The notes under the pieces: generated by a model
Told to the model about the DNA's origin: nothing
What the model saw: only the letters and a program-made list of their open reading frames with translations
Database searches by the model: none
Program-made: the position numbers and the translations under genes
DNA from: Monocercomonoides exilis PA203
Taxonomy: Eukaryota > Protista > Preaxostyla
Reading direction: 5' to 3'
NCBI GenBank assembly: GCA_001643675.2
Contig: LSRY02000017.1
Location: forward strand, 248,001 to 312,000
Length of the DNA stretch: 64,000 bases
Shown: positions 50,809-64,000 of the stretch, one piece after another
Position numbering within the stretch: the stretch's first letter is position 1
How the letters are laid out: every line of letters starts with the position of its first letter

Positions 50809-53800
50809 ATGAATCGGAAAGCAATTGCTTCGAAGGGTAAATTTAACAAAAAGTTTAGTTTAAAACCGATATCTACTATTGAATCTTCTCTGCATGAACA
50901 ATCTGAACAAAAAATTACAACAACAAAAGAAAATCAGCCTCAACAAAATCAAAGTTTACAAACTGAAGAACAAATATTTCTACCTCCATCCGATTCATTA
51001 AACAAGATAGTTGAAACCTCAAATTCAGATGATAATGAACAGCAAAATAATTCACATTCGTTGTTGGGAAATCATCATTTAATTGAGAAAACTGATATAA
51101 AGTTTCTAACAGAGCCAGAAGTTCAAAAACAGCCAAAGCACACTGTTTATACTCGTGAAGGACTTACAGAAGCTCAATTATATTATAGAACAGCACCTGT
51201 TGTTTCAACAGTGATGGGAACTTCATTTTTTTCTTCTTTTCAAAACCGTAGAAAGAAGTCTTCTTGCTTTACGCAAAATGATAATACTCAAAATTCTTTA
51301 ATTAATATGTCAAATGATGATCTTTTAAATGAGTCTTGGAATTCATTTTTCTGTATGAATGATTTTCATGAAAGAGTTTGGGAAAATTCTTATCTCAAAG
51401 GAATGGACAGATGGAAAGCACGAATAAAAGAAAAAGAGGAAAAATATCAGCGTTCAATAAGCAATGAAGAACATATTGAAGAAATTTTAAATTCTCAAAA
51501 TTCTATTACTCAGGAGAATAGGCCTTATTACGTGCCTTCGCAACCACCTCCATTATTTGAATTCAACACTCTTACACCAGATGAAGAGGTCATTAAAAGA
51601 CGTGAAGAACATATAACTATTGCAGTACATCATGAGGCATACAAAAAGCAGGCAAAGGAAGAAGAAAAGCGTAATTTAACAGAGAAATCAAAACAAAAAA
51701 AGAGAAATGCGCTTGAAGGAGAATATGGTGGTGATGGAATCAACGATGATGTTACAGACGATGAATCAGAAGAAGAAACAGATGATTTAGAAGATGTGGC
51801 AGAAGCCGACAGCGGAATGCTTCGTGTCAAGCGGTTTAAGCGGTCCACAAATACATCGACTCTCTTCACGGAGCTCTTCGCTCTTCCTTTTCCTTCAACG
51901 ATGGCATTCATTTCCTCTGTCTGGCCTCAGCTTCTGTCGCAAGTCAGCTCAGCTCCAGCCGTTCTGCCAGCCCTGCCTTCTGTTCCTGCGTCCATTCACG
52001 CGCTTCTCGGCTGCAATCTGAATGAATCTGCTTTGCTTCCCTCGGCCACTCTGAGCTGGATGCAGCAGCTGCGCAAGAGCCAGCACGCGTCCAAAAACAG
52101 CGCTGTGAATAAGCTTCTATTCTGTTCCGGTGAGGACTTCTCATCAGCGGCACAGGCAATGGCCTCTGATCCCGACCTCCTTCACGCCTTTTCGTATTTC
52201 CTCTCGTCGCTTTCGTCTGTTACATTCCCGTTGCCAACACTGGCGCCTCCTTCGCTTTCCTCATCTCGTCTACCATTTCCAACCTCATTTAACTCTTCTT
52301 CTTCTTCTTCTTCAGCATCTTCTTCCGCCTCTTCTTCCTCTTCTTCCTCTTCTTCCTCTGAAAGCGCATCGGCTGCTTCTGCCTCGCCTGCCATCCTCAC
52401 ACTCAACGATCCGTCTTCTCTGCAGTCTCTTCGTGTTTTGCTTTGTCTGTCTAAACTGTGGCAGCTTTCGCTCGTTGGTGTTGTGTCAAAGGGGCTGTCT
52501 GCAGTCAACAGCACTCAAAGGACGGAGTGTGTTGAGTACACAAGAAGTGCCTTTCTGGAATATGCAAGTGAATGTTTGAAAGGCCCAACAAGTGAAACAA
52601 CAGATGGTAAAAAGAAAACGAAGGGAGCGATGGAGAATGAAGAAAAGCATCAAATTGCTATTGATTCGCTTCCTCGTATAGCAATTGCTTCACTCACAAA
52701 GAAGCAGTTAGAAAAATGGGAAGATGCTTCTTCTGCTTCATCATCGCCTTCAATCAAAAAGAAATCAGACTTTCTGCTTGATGTGCTTGACAGTGAAATT
52801 TCTGATGAAGCATATTCAAAGGAACCTTCTCTTGAAGGAGACAAATCTCTTCTGCAGCTGTCTGTGATATCTGTTTCTCCTGCTTCATCACTCGCATCAA
52901 CTTTCTCGTCTGTAGCTGACACTCCTGCCACAGCCACCACACAGTACAAGACATTGTGTCATTGCCGAGTTCTTGCTGGATCTGCTGTTCCTCTCCTCAA
53001 TGATATACTCAGCTGGCAGAAACAGGCAAAGTTTGCAAGCCAGCTGTCGAATTTTGACTCTGAGCTGCCAAAGCAGACTGACCCACCGCTGTTGAACGTG
53101 CAGCCATTGAACGGCGCAGTTGAAGTTGTTGATTGCATTTGTCCTTCTTGTTCATTGCTCGCCTTTTCTGCAATCAAAGACACAGCAGAACTTCAAAGAA
53201 AAATGACAGAAAAGAATGCAAATGTGAGCGAAGTAACGCTTGTTGTGCAGTCTTCGCTGCCTTTGTTTTCCCAGGCCCATTTCAACAAAGTGTATGCTTC
53301 ATTCATTTGTTTCTTTTCTCAGATGAATTTTTTCTTTTGTATTTTAATTTTGTATATTTGTTTTGTATTGTATTTTTCAATACTGTGATCATTGTACATT
53401 CCACAATTCTCTTTTTCCGCTTATTTTTTCTTTATTTCATCCAGACGAGTTTTACTTTCACCCGAAGCAAAGATATACCCTCGAAAGTCGTTGCAATGTG
53501 TCTATTTTTCTTCCGAACCAGAAACTCCTTTCATTCGCCTGCCACATTCGTCTACGCAGCCACTCGACACCCGCCAGCCTGTTTATCTTCTTTCTCCATT
53601 TCTTGTTTCCACAGACACTCACGATTCTTCTTCATCATCATCTTCTTCTTCTTCTTTCTCTTCATTCTCTGAGAAGGAGCATTTCTCAAACGAAGAGTCA
53701 TCTTATTCAAATGTCATGTTTGATCCTTCTTCTTCTTCTGCTTTTGTCAATCAACTTGTCGAAGTTACTGTCGCTTCACAGCAAAATGCGAAAGAATCTG

Positions 53801-54114
53801 AATTGATTGCCAACGCAATCGGCTGTTCTCAGCTTCACCTTCTGTCTTTCAACTCGACATTTTCTCTGTTTTGCACGCCAGCCCAATTTGGAGGTATCAA
53901 ACCTGGCAGTGGAACATCTCGTTCAGACAGCAGCAGTTCTGGTGATTCCAAGTACAATTCATCAAAAGGCAAAAATGAAAGAGGCAAAGGAATGGCATGT
54001 AAAAATGGATGGAGTCCCAATCCGAATTCTCGTGTGGTGCTTCTTCAAAAACAGTCGAATGAGTATTCGACTTCGTTTGGTGTTGTGGGATATGGAGTGA
54101 TTGTTGACATGTAG
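50809..54114 (+). CDS. Large 2-exon protein, divergent DONSON-like
   Basis: An intron at ~53292-53444 joins the two ORFs. Ordered motifs KLLFCSGEDFS, FLSSLSSVTFP, LWQLSL, PLLNDILS, PPLLNVQPLNGA and FSSEPET resemble the conserved blocks of DONSON. The CDS is well supported; the family call is tentative. Confidence 0.5.
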
Positions 54115-54388
54115 TCTTTTGACATTACAATTTTTGTGTTCATGCTGTTTTCATTGCAAGTTACTGACCTTTAATAATTTGTTATTTTTCGTTTTTTCCG
54201 ATTGAAAGATGAAAAAACAAGAAAAAAAATTAGCTTTGATAATGACAGATTTCTTGCTTTAAAATGAAAGATGACAAGAACATGAAAATGATTCAGAAAA
54301 GCGAAGCGAAATTAAAAGGTTGTGAGTTGAAGAGACAAAGAAAATAACAAAAAAAACAACCAGAAGGATGTGCTGTGATAAATTGCTT

Positions 54389-56334
54389 TTAACCTTCTTC
54401 CTCTTCTTCTTCTTCCTCTTCCTCTTCTCTGTGTGATGCAGCTGACTCTTCTTGTGCTGCTTGAGCTCGATCTTCCTCATCGACAGTTGGATCAATCTTT
54501 AATAAAATATTGTAAAAGTGAAGAGGTGCAATATAAAACAGGAAAATTCATAAATAAATAAATACAAACCTGTTCGTCCATTTCTGGATGTTCTTCTGGA
54601 ATAACTGGTGGTGGTGGCATGGTGAATGGAAGAGTTGTGTATTTCTTGCCCCACCCAATGTAAATGCTTTATAAGTCAAAATAGTTATTTTACAGTTTAA
54701 ATGAGATATATTCAATGAAACAGATAAATTACATGATATGAAATGTGATCGATCAAACCTTGTTATCTGAGCTTTTCTTCCGCCATATGCGAGTGTGTAT
54801 GCGCCTGGCCAATAGTTTGAACGGAGGAGAATTGGAGATTCATCCAAAACTGTGTCCTTTTTGATTGAGAAAGAAGGAATTTGTCCATCCAGCAGCTTCT
54901 TGTCTTCTTCAATACCCTTCTTCAGCTTCAGATTTCGCCCTGTGTTCGGATCATCCTCTCCTTCCCACACCTCAAACGGGCTTTCCTTTTCTTCTCCTTC
55001 CTCTGCCTCTGCTTCTTCCTCTTCTCCCTCAGCCTTTGGTGGAGGCCACTTCTCAACTCTCCCTTGCACCAAGATCGGTGGGCGTGCATGTACCCATGCA
55101 GCCTCCTCATTCAGTGTTGCCACATCAACAATAGGCACTTTTCCTTCTCCTGCTTCCTCAGCCTCCTCAGCCTCCTCGCCTTCCCCTCCACCGGCCAGTC
55201 TTCGTGGCAGAAGTGTTGTTGAATGGCTGATACGTGCCAGTTGTGCGCGTAAGAAGTGCTTCTCTTTGCCTGGGAAGAATGGAAAGCCTTCAGATACAGG
55301 AGCTTCGAGGTCACCAGTCAATGTCTTTGACAATAATCTGGCTTTTCTTATCATATCTGGGGTGACATCAGGAAGACGTACCCATTCGTCTCCAGCTACA
55401 GTTATTCGAAATTCAAATGGAAATAAAAAGCAAATAGATGTCAAAAATAAATCGATAACAATAACACAAAATATGATCATACGTTCATGACAAACAAAAT
55501 AAACAAATTGATTTGGTGTCATTTCTTTTCGAGGTTCTTTGGGGAAGATTTCTTCAGGCTTTGCTGGTTTTGGCTTTGGTGAAGGTGGTTCGTCTGGATC
55601 GGCTTCTTCGTCATTTAGAACTTCTGGTGCCTTTTCTTCCATAAGTCCTGTTTCTTTTTCTCCGAAGTCTTCATCATATGAAGGATAATTATCGTTTGGT
55701 TCTGCTTCAACAACATAATAATTTTTCTCAACTCCATATATTTTCCCGAAAAATCTAACAGATTTCATTGGTTGAGATATAAAATATTGTTTCATATGTA
55801 AAATAATTTGTGTAAGTTCTTCTTGTCCAAGACCGATTCCCATTCGCGAAAAATAAAATGATTCGTCCATTGAATCGGTAATTAAAGGTGTTGAAGATGA
55901 AGTTTGGTTTGTTGCCTTTGTCTCCTAAAACATTATGATTAATATTTGAAACAAATGTCTTTCAAATTTAAAAGTTAATCAGACTTTTATAAGGTTAACA
56001 GATTGCTCATTAAATTTATGCTTAATCCGATCCAAAACTGTTGGAGCTTTCTAGATTTTTGCCCAAAAGATATTAAAAAAAACAAAAAATCCTTTCAAAT
56101 TTATAAATCAATGTTGCACACATTTTCGTCAAGTGCAGCTTCTTGAATAGGTTTTTGAATAAAAGCAGATTTCTTCAATTCTCGTGAAAATTCTTCTATC
56201 TTTTCGAGTGCATCATCTGGGCGTTGTTCAACAAGTTGAAGGACGAGTTCAGACAGATGGTCATAAAGTGATACTCCATCTGGTCCCGATTGTTGTAAAT
56301 AACATTTTGATTCGTCAAACGCAAGTTCACTCAT
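54389..56334 (-). CDS. RSPH4: Flagellar radial spoke head protein 4/6 family
   Basis: SLYDHLSELV..RPDDAL, VRFFGKIYGVEKNYYVVEAE, WVRLPDVTP, LTGDLEAPV..FPGKEKHFLRAQLARIS, LRSNYWPGA, IGWGKK. Confidence 0.93.
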
Positions 56335-56733
56335 GTGTTGAAATGAGAAGAACGATTTTTCTATTTCAACGTTCGATCGTGATACCCTAAACTTAAATTA
56401 TTTCAATCGAATAATTGTGTGAATAGAGTGAGAGTATTATATGAAAAAAAAGTCTTGGATTACAAAAATATTCATGTTAAAAGATGTATTTTGAAGCCTG
56501 AATAAGTTATCGTCCAAAACAAATTGCTCCAATTTTTCCTTTCACAAAAAATTTTTAGAAAATAATAAATGTGAAATTGATTGCAAAAGTGAATAAATTC
56601 GCAGTATCGATATTAATTGTTTCTGGAGTTAAAAAAATATTACAGCATTTAAAAAATTACATTTTTAAGATATGTTGATGTGCATTAAAGAAGAATTTGA
56701 AAGAATAAAAAATGATTGAGTGAAATGAAGTAA

Positions 56734-58454
56734 TCACTTAATGAGACTGGCTTTCTGTGCAAGTGAATCGAGTATTTTTCTCATGCCCTCCATTAACTCT
56801 GTTGACGTACTGAAGAGATTGCTTTTTGCTGGCTCTTCAGTCAAAGTGAGGCATTGTGTGTCTTGATTCAGAGTGGCACTCAATTTTTTATCCAAAATCA
56901 TTTGAGCCAATCTGATCAAGTCAAAATAAAAAAATAAATAAAATAAAAATAAATTAAATCAAATGAATTTAATATTTAATAAATGAGAGGTAAAATTAGA
57001 AAGTTATGCAAACTTGGCCTCGACAACCTCCACTTTCATGTTAATGAGCTGAGCCACATATGCAATCTCCACAACAGAATATGGCTCGATGATACGAGAA
57101 AGGTGCTGTTCAAACAGAGTATCGCTCAATTGCTCCAGATGAGACGCAACACCATAATCTTCCTTCAGCTCCTTTGGATAAGTGTTCAATGCTGCTTGGA
57201 ATTCATCTAAATTGCGGTGATCGAGAGAAGAAGAAATTGCTCGGATGGCAATGATTTCAGGTGCTGCTCCGGTAAACAATTATCCCATTCGAGAATAATA
57301 ACAAAGGAATGAATGTATAATGGGCATAATGAAAAACGCAAAATAAATAAAAGCAATATAAGCAAAACTGTTATATTTTAATGTGAGTTTTCCTGTGAAA
57401 AGAGTTGTCACGTCTTCTGGCTTATTTTGCATAACTTTACTCAAAACAAGCATTTTCAAAGCTGAAATGGCTTGTTCTTTGTTATTTAAACCGTCATATG
57501 CTTCGAAGGATTCATAAAAATAGGAATATGCTGTTTTGAAATCCTTTTCTTGTGAATAAAGCATTCCTGACATGTAATCTAAACGTGCTTGCATCAATGG
57601 GGGAATATATACAACATTCGCTTCCATTCTTGCAGATGTTACAGATGCCTGAGGGGAAAAAATAATATAAAATATATGCATAAACATAAGCATGTGCACT
57701 TGCAATGAATTCACACTCTTGCTCTTGGTAAATCGCGTAATCTAATAAAACATTGAGATTCAAGAATATGAATTTCCACAAGAAGACGTTTATCATCAAG
57801 ACGTTTCACTTCTTTGAGTAATTTCATCAGCAATGTTCTCATCTTTTGAAATTCTTCCATTTGATAGTATCTATTTCGAGTTAGAAATTCCAGAATCATG
57901 TTTCAGAAAATAAATGTATTTGCTTTTCAAAAATAGCAGAAACAAACAGTTGAGCCAAGCAAAGTTCAATCCTCAAACGAAGAAAAGCTCTCTTTTCATC
58001 CTTTGACCATTCAATCCATTCGTTCACAGTTTGTTCTCGTTCCTCGTTAACTCCAGGAATCTGAATCAAATATTCGATACATAAACGAACTATACAAGTT
58101 CCGTAAATCATAAATAAAATAAAAAAGAACGATTAAATGAATAGATGGTGTGTTAGGTTATGAAACATTGGTAAAAACACGTTCGAAAAGAAAAACGGAG
58201 AAATATTCACACCAATTTTTGCTGTTCGAGTATTTGTAAGTTTTGCAAATTGTGGCTTTGAATCATTAAGAAGTCGTGCAAAACCGTCAGCGTCCCTGAG
58301 AAATGAATTCAGATTAACAAAGAATATTTGTAAAGATGTCATTTTCAGTTCAGAAGCAAAACTTTGCATCAAATAGTTTATGTGCCTTTTCCATAATTTC
58401 CCCTTCTATTTGCTTCATTTCATCGATGGAAAGTGATGTTGATACTTCTTCCAT
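56734..58454 (-). CDS. RPN6: 26S proteasome lid subunit RPN6/PSMD11 (multi-exon)
   Basis: KRAFLRLRIE, LLKEVKRLDDKRLLVEIHILES, EKDFKTAYSYFYESFE, PCI domain IIEPYSVVEIAYVA..LAQMILDKKL. Confidence 0.95.
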
Positions 58455-58525
58455 GTTTGTTAAATTAGTTTTTCAGTAAAGAAGAAAAATAATTAACAAA
58501 TTATATATTCATCCCTTAACTGAAA

Positions 58526-61409
58526 ATGTCAATGAAAAGCTCTTCTTCCCAACAGAAAAGCGCTCCATTGGACGATATAGACGATGTCTGGCTATTTCCT
58601 CACGATGGATATGATTATAATCAGCATATTCGTGAAATGGGAGGCGGGTTATTTTATGAACTGGTAAGCTTTTTATATTTTCTTTATTTTTATGCTTTTG
58701 AATTTGTTGATTTGTTATTAAAGCCTGAAGGTCCTCTTCCAGATCCTTCGCAAACAATTGTTGATTCAGTTTTACTTTATGCTCCTTCAGAAAATGGTTC
58801 ATATTATTTTTTTCATAATTTAATAAAAACTTTTCTTTTTGGATAGCAAAACGTCCAATCGATAGAGAAATATTGGAGCTTATTAAAAACGAAGATGATG
58901 ACGAGTTTGAAGAAGTAACTGATGAAAATATTGAAAAATTGAACTCAGCATACAAAGTTGAAGTTAAGAAACTTAAACCTGCTCTCGAAGGTGAAGGAGG
59001 TACGTATATCTTAAATTTGCAAATGCTTTTATTTTCCATTAAATGAAAATTCAATTCATATTATTAAGATTTACAGGATGACTTTTTCCAAGTTGCAAGA
59101 GGGAAAGCAAAAGATAAGCCTTTGGTGATGTTTTCTGGAAAAGATGGAATTGTTACTGAAGCGCCAAAAAGGAAGAGAAAGAAAAAATCGAATACATTAG
59201 AAATGCCATCGTCATCGTCTTCTTCATCTTCGTCGTCGTCGTCTTCTTCTTCTTCATCAAGTTCTTCTTCCATTTCAGCTTCGGGTGATCATAAATTATT
59301 TTCAAAGCAAGACTTAGATAGATGGAGAAAACAGTTGGATGAAATGACTGACGAAGAAATCATGGCAAAGATGGGTATGTTATGCTTTTATCTTTGTTTG
59401 ATTTTGTATTATCACACTTTTTTTTATTATTATCATAATGGATTCATTTGAAATTTTTTAAACACATTCAAAAAATATTTTTGAATTCAATATTAAATAT
59501 TATTTTGATGTTGACAGCTCAAAACAGAGGAAGCGTGCCAGATCCATTCGATGAAGAGTTTGGGGAAGATAGAGAAGATGATATGGATGATTTAGAAAAG
59601 TATATGAAAGAAGGAGGAGAAAAAGAAGGAAAAGGAAAAGATGAAGAAGAAGAAGAGGAAGAGGAAGAGGAAGTTGACATTGAATTAATTAAAAAACAGC
59701 TTGGCCTTCTTGACGATAACGATGAAGAAGAAGAAGAATTTTTCGATGAATACGATTATGGCGATGACATTGATGAAGATGAAGACTTTAGCGATGGATT
59801 TCACATGAAAGAGAGGAAAGAAGGAAAAGGAAAGCGTTCTCGTGCAACGGGCGCCATGAAAGGAGCAATGGCTGTCGGTGACGACGACGACAGCAGTGAA
59901 TATGACATGGAGGAAGGGAACATGCAGGACTATGACCCGTCTGCTTCCACAACTGCTGAGCTGGACAAGCAGCTGAACACGCTCCTTGAGGAAGAGTTTG
60001 GGGACTCTGATGTTGGGTCTCTGTCGGGAGACGAAGAGGCAGACGGCAACCGCGACTTGGCGGACTTCACAGACATCCTGGCAGAGTTTGAGAAAGAACA
60101 GGTGATTCCTCGCATGGGAAAGAAGGCACCTACCACGCCGCTCACGCTGAATCACACGAAGAAAAGAAAGCCGCAGCCGAAGCAGCAGAGCGCGCTGGTG
60201 AAAATGATGAATGAGTTTAAGTCTGAGAAAAGAGAGATGCTGTTTCCTGAGTCTGAAGCATCGTCTTCTTCTTCTTCTTCTTCAACACCTTCCTTCTCGA
60301 AATCAATGGCCTCTGCAGCAGCTCCATTGGAAACTGAAGCTTTGTTCACAACTGATCCATTTGTGGTTCAGAGTGGCATTACACCCGAGGAAAAGGAGAT
60401 TATCCTTCGGCTGGCAGAGCCAAAGGTCGGGGAAAACGGAGAAGATGAGGAAGAACTGGAAAGGAAAAGGATTGCTGAAGAAGAGAAAGAAATGAGGAAA
60501 AGAAAGTACAAAGAAAAGAAACCAGATTGTCAATCCATTATCAGTCTGCCCTTGTTATTTTATTTGTGTTTAATATTTGATCATTTTTTAATATTCTGAT
60601 TTTCCTATAACTGTTTTCTTTTGCCTTTGTGTATTCTTTTGTTCTGTCTTGTTTCTTTGACTTGTTTTTGCTGTCATTTTGTCTATTATTCTGCTGAATT
60701 AGGCACATTCACCAGAGGAGACCATCTTCCAAGTGTCATTCAGCCAAAGAAAAAGATGATACCACCAAAACAGGAAGAATCGAAGCTTCCTCCTCAAATC
60801 ATTCTTTCCGCAAAGACTGGAATTCCAGCTATGCTCAGTCAGTATGTTACAAATGTAAATGCTCAAAAAATGAATGAAATTGTGTTGATTGAATGGGGTT
60901 TCATTAAAATTCTTCGAAATCGTTAACAAGTGGATTTTTTTTGTTTGAATTTGTGCTTCGAATGATTAGACATTGTTTATTTGTTCATTTATTCAAACTT
61001 TTTTAAACTATTTTTTTTCATTCTAATAAAACTTCGTTGCTGAAGCAGAAAAAGAGATGATGACTCAGAAAGTGACGATAGCTCCGAGAGCGAATTTGAT
61101 GAAGAGAAACATCTGAAGCGATTTGGTCCAACCACCAGAGATAAGAATGAAACAGCTGAAGAAAAAAAGAATCGAAAGAAAGCTGTGAAACAGGCACGAA
61201 AGGTATTTTTCAGATCATTTTTTTGTTTTTTTAGGGTATTTCTTAACAAAACGTGGTATTTCGATTGACATTGCTAATTTAATATTCCTCTGGATGATCA
61301 GGATGCACGTGCGGAGAAAAAAGCATTGAAAATGCAATTCAAAACTGAAGAAACGAAAAAGAAGACAGAAGCGCAAAAAACGCGAAATATCGGCTTTTCA
61401 GTGAAATGA
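58526..61409 (+). CDS. LTV1: 40S biogenesis factor LTV1 (multi-exon)
   Basis: DGYDYNQHIREMG, acidic middle region, DCQSIIST..HLPSVI, LSAKTGIP, RDKNETAEEKKNRKKAVK..RAEKKALKMQF. Confidence 0.85.
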
Positions 61410-62172
61410 AAAGATAAAACACTTCGTCATTTTTTTGCGTTTTGTTTTTGTCTTTTTTATTTAAAGTTTCTTATTTGATGCAATTCATTAATCAGCTTGC
61501 GGTAAACATTTCATGCGCTGCTGTCAAGCATTAATGCTAAAGTTCCCTTTCACTTCTTCGTAATAGTGTTCATTTTGTTTTTCATCAAGCAAGATCATTT
61601 ATATTTGTGAACAACTGAAATTTTTTGGTGCAGTCGAAAAATACAAAAAAACTATGCATTCTTGGATAAATTGAATAATCAAATTTTCTGGTTTTTTTTT
61701 TTTTTTTTTTTTTTTTTTGGTGCAGTAGTCTCAAATTTAAATAAATAATCATCTATCATTTTTGATATTTTCGTATATAAATAATGAATGAAGACGTTTC
61801 AGTGAAATTATTCAGTGATTTGCTGCTTATGAAATTTCTGATGGATGGGCATGACCTCAATCCTTTATTGGTGCCTTCATTTTCGATATCGAGGTATTTG
61901 AACTGGTCTTTATTAAGATTTAACAAGCATTTGATTGAAAATATGTTTCTTGTTTGTTTGAATTTCAAAAAGGTTAAATTGGTCGTTTTTGAGAATTTTC
62001 CAAAAAAAACTCTCTGAAAACAAAAGATTTATATCCTATTCAAAAATCAAAAGTTGAAAGTTAGAATAACGATAATTGTAAATAATTATTTAATCATATT
62101 ATTTTTATCAAAAATTTAATGTGAATATTTGATTTGAGTAAATGTGAATGAAAAACAAACAAAGAAACGAAG

Positions 62173-62453
62173 ATATGGTGCATAATATTTCACTTCAGGC
62201 ATTTTCATTGAAAAATAATGCACTTTTCATTGACTTTAAGAGATCAAAATTTTTGAAAAAATGGGCTTATTTTTTTAAAAAACATATTAAGTCACAAAAC
62301 ATCTTGTTATTACATCAATGAAGTTTGTTTGCGGTCATGAAAATCTAATTTATTTTTATATCTGATTAAGTTTTATAATGTTTTAAGGAAAACATTTTTT
62401 TCTCGCTTTGTGCAAAAAATTCTTGAAAGTCCGTATTTTTCCCCAAATACATG
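62173..62453 (-). repeat. Dispersed repeat A, inverted copy of ~890-1167
   Basis: Collinear reverse-complement matches to 890-1167. Confidence 0.8.
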
Positions 62454-62519
62454 TTTCTTTTTCATTTATTCATGACTAAAGTTCACATTTTAAAAAAACT
62501 GTGATATATGTCTTAATTT

Positions 62520-62742
62520 TTTTGAATAGTTCCTTTTGTTTAATTTACAAATAAAATAAAAATGTCATATTTTAATCAAATTTCTGTTCCCATTCAAGAA
62601 ATTTCACTAAAATGGAAATAATAACATTGTCAAGATATTGCATCCATTTTAGTGAAATTTCTTGAGTGGGAAGAGAAATTTTATCAAAATATGACATTTT
62701 TATTTTTATTTGAAAATTAAACAAAAGGAACTTTTCAAAAAA
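62520..62742. repeat. Palindromic hairpin, uninterrupted relative of the hairpin at 1473-1525/5041-5207
   Basis: Arms AGTTCCTTTTGTTTAATTT..GAAATTTCACTAAAATGGA and TCCATTTTAGTGAAATTTC..AAATTAAACAAAAGGAACT. The loop sequence TGGAAATAATAACATTGTCAA is the reverse complement of 5098-5118. Confidence 0.8.
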
Positions 62743-62975
62743 AATCAGACATTTATTTAAAAAAAATTTCACTGTGTAAATATGGTGATTGAAACAATTC
62801 AAATAAATTCATATTCATTGAGGAAATAATTGGGTTTATTGTCGAAATGCAACAATCAACAGTTTTGAGATAATTTCACTGTCCACAGTTATTGAAAGTG
62901 TCCAAAATTATTACCACTGAAAATACTAACAATTCAAATTCTAGGGTCAGAAATTTATCGGTACACAAAAAATTA

Positions 62976-63874
62976 ATCGGGACCGAAAATTTCTGGCTCT
63001 CCTGAGCACTTTGAGAAAAAATAAATAATAGAAAATTATTAAAATATTATAATAAGCTATTTCTGAAAATATTTTTTCATATTTAAATTTTAGTGAAAAG
63101 ATCTGGTGTTTTTTGTTTTATTTTTCAGATCAAAAACTTGCTCGTATTTTCACGAGCTTTTTGTTTTGAGTGTTTTGAGTTATATCATTGTTTATAAACT
63201 GAACTTCTTTATGTTTTTGGTTATTTTTCATCTTTTAACACTTCGTTTTTTTATTATTTTTTCCATTTCACAAAATTCTGACAAAATAAAGAATTCATTT
63301 ATTTTAACAATATATTTCATAATTTTTCAAGTTTAAATATAAAAACTATTAACACATAAAGGTGTTCAAAAAGAAGAAAATCTAAACTTTTTTATGATCG
63401 TGATTTTATTACCAAAAATCTTGTTTTTGTGTATTTTTGTGTTTTTAACTTCAAATCACATTCTTTCATTTCAAAAATTTTGCGTTTCACGTAATAATTT
63501 GTTTTAAAACTATTATTCAACAAATAAAAACAAAGCAACTCAAATACTACTGTTAATCTACTATTTATGGAAATTTTGTGAAATGGAAAAAATAATAAAA
63601 AAACGAAGTGTTAAACGATGAAAAATAACCAAAAACATAAAGAAGTTCAGTTTATAAACAATGATATAACTCAAAACACTCAAAACAAAAAGCTCGTGAA
63701 AATACGAGCAAGTTTTTGATCTTAAAAATAAAACAAAAAACACCAGATCTTTTCACTAAAATTAAAATATGAAAAAATATTTTCAGAAATAGTATATTAT
63801 AATATATTGAAAATTTTCTATTATTTATTTTTTTCAAAAAGTGCTCCTGAGAGCCAGAAAATTTAGGTCCCGAT
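62976..63874. mobile_element. Foldback / long-TIR non-autonomous element, ~300-bp inverted arms
   Basis: 62976-~63278 and ~63572-63874 are near-identical reverse complements (mirrored ORFs 63106+ and 63743-). The ends may extend to TAGGGT at 62942 and ACCCTA at 63908. Confidence 0.85.
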
Positions 63875-64000
63875 CAAAAAAAGGGGATATGATAAATAAC
63901 TCACCCTATCTAGAATTACTGTTTTCCAAAACTTCATAATAATTATTATATGGCAAAATTTTTTTGATAAGTTCCTTTTGTTTTATTTTCAAATAGAATA

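Noticed and set aside
63106-63743. Duplicate ORFs MFFVLF.RSKTCSYFHELF on opposite strands
   Set aside because: By-product of the foldback inverted repeat, with a non-ATG start and F/I/L-biased composition

Overview
AT-rich eukaryotic genomic DNA with short GT-AG introns and the standard genetic code (conserved genes end in TAA/TAG/TGA at the expected C-termini). It has flagellar and centriolar genes, a bacterial-type GDH and many poly-Ser/poly-Glu tracts. By inference it comes from an anaerobic flagellate, most resembling the oxymonad Monocercomonoides. A gene-dense block (~7.7-61.4 kb) holds about 19 genes: GDH, CBF5, an orphan, eEFSec, PRP43, MCM2, a CEP120-like gene, an AGC kinase, BTB-SPRY, a PKR1-like gene, a MINDY4-like gene, a 5'-nucleotidase, NEK, YqeB, ISWI, a DONSON-like gene, RSPH4/6, RPN6 and LTV1. 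Transposon debris flanks the block: a 3.5-kb TIR element with an exact 8-bp target duplication and a captured gene, a decayed pogo-type DDE transposase, and a long-TIR foldback element. The main finding is a complete 7-exon gene (43546-44812, mostly missed by the ORF track) for YqeB, the bacterial marker of the labile-selenium cofactor of Se-dependent molybdenum hydroxylases. It lies in the same window as the selenocysteine elongation factor, suggesting a eukaryote with the 'Se-cofactor' trait. All family calls come from motif recognition by eye; no database searches were run.
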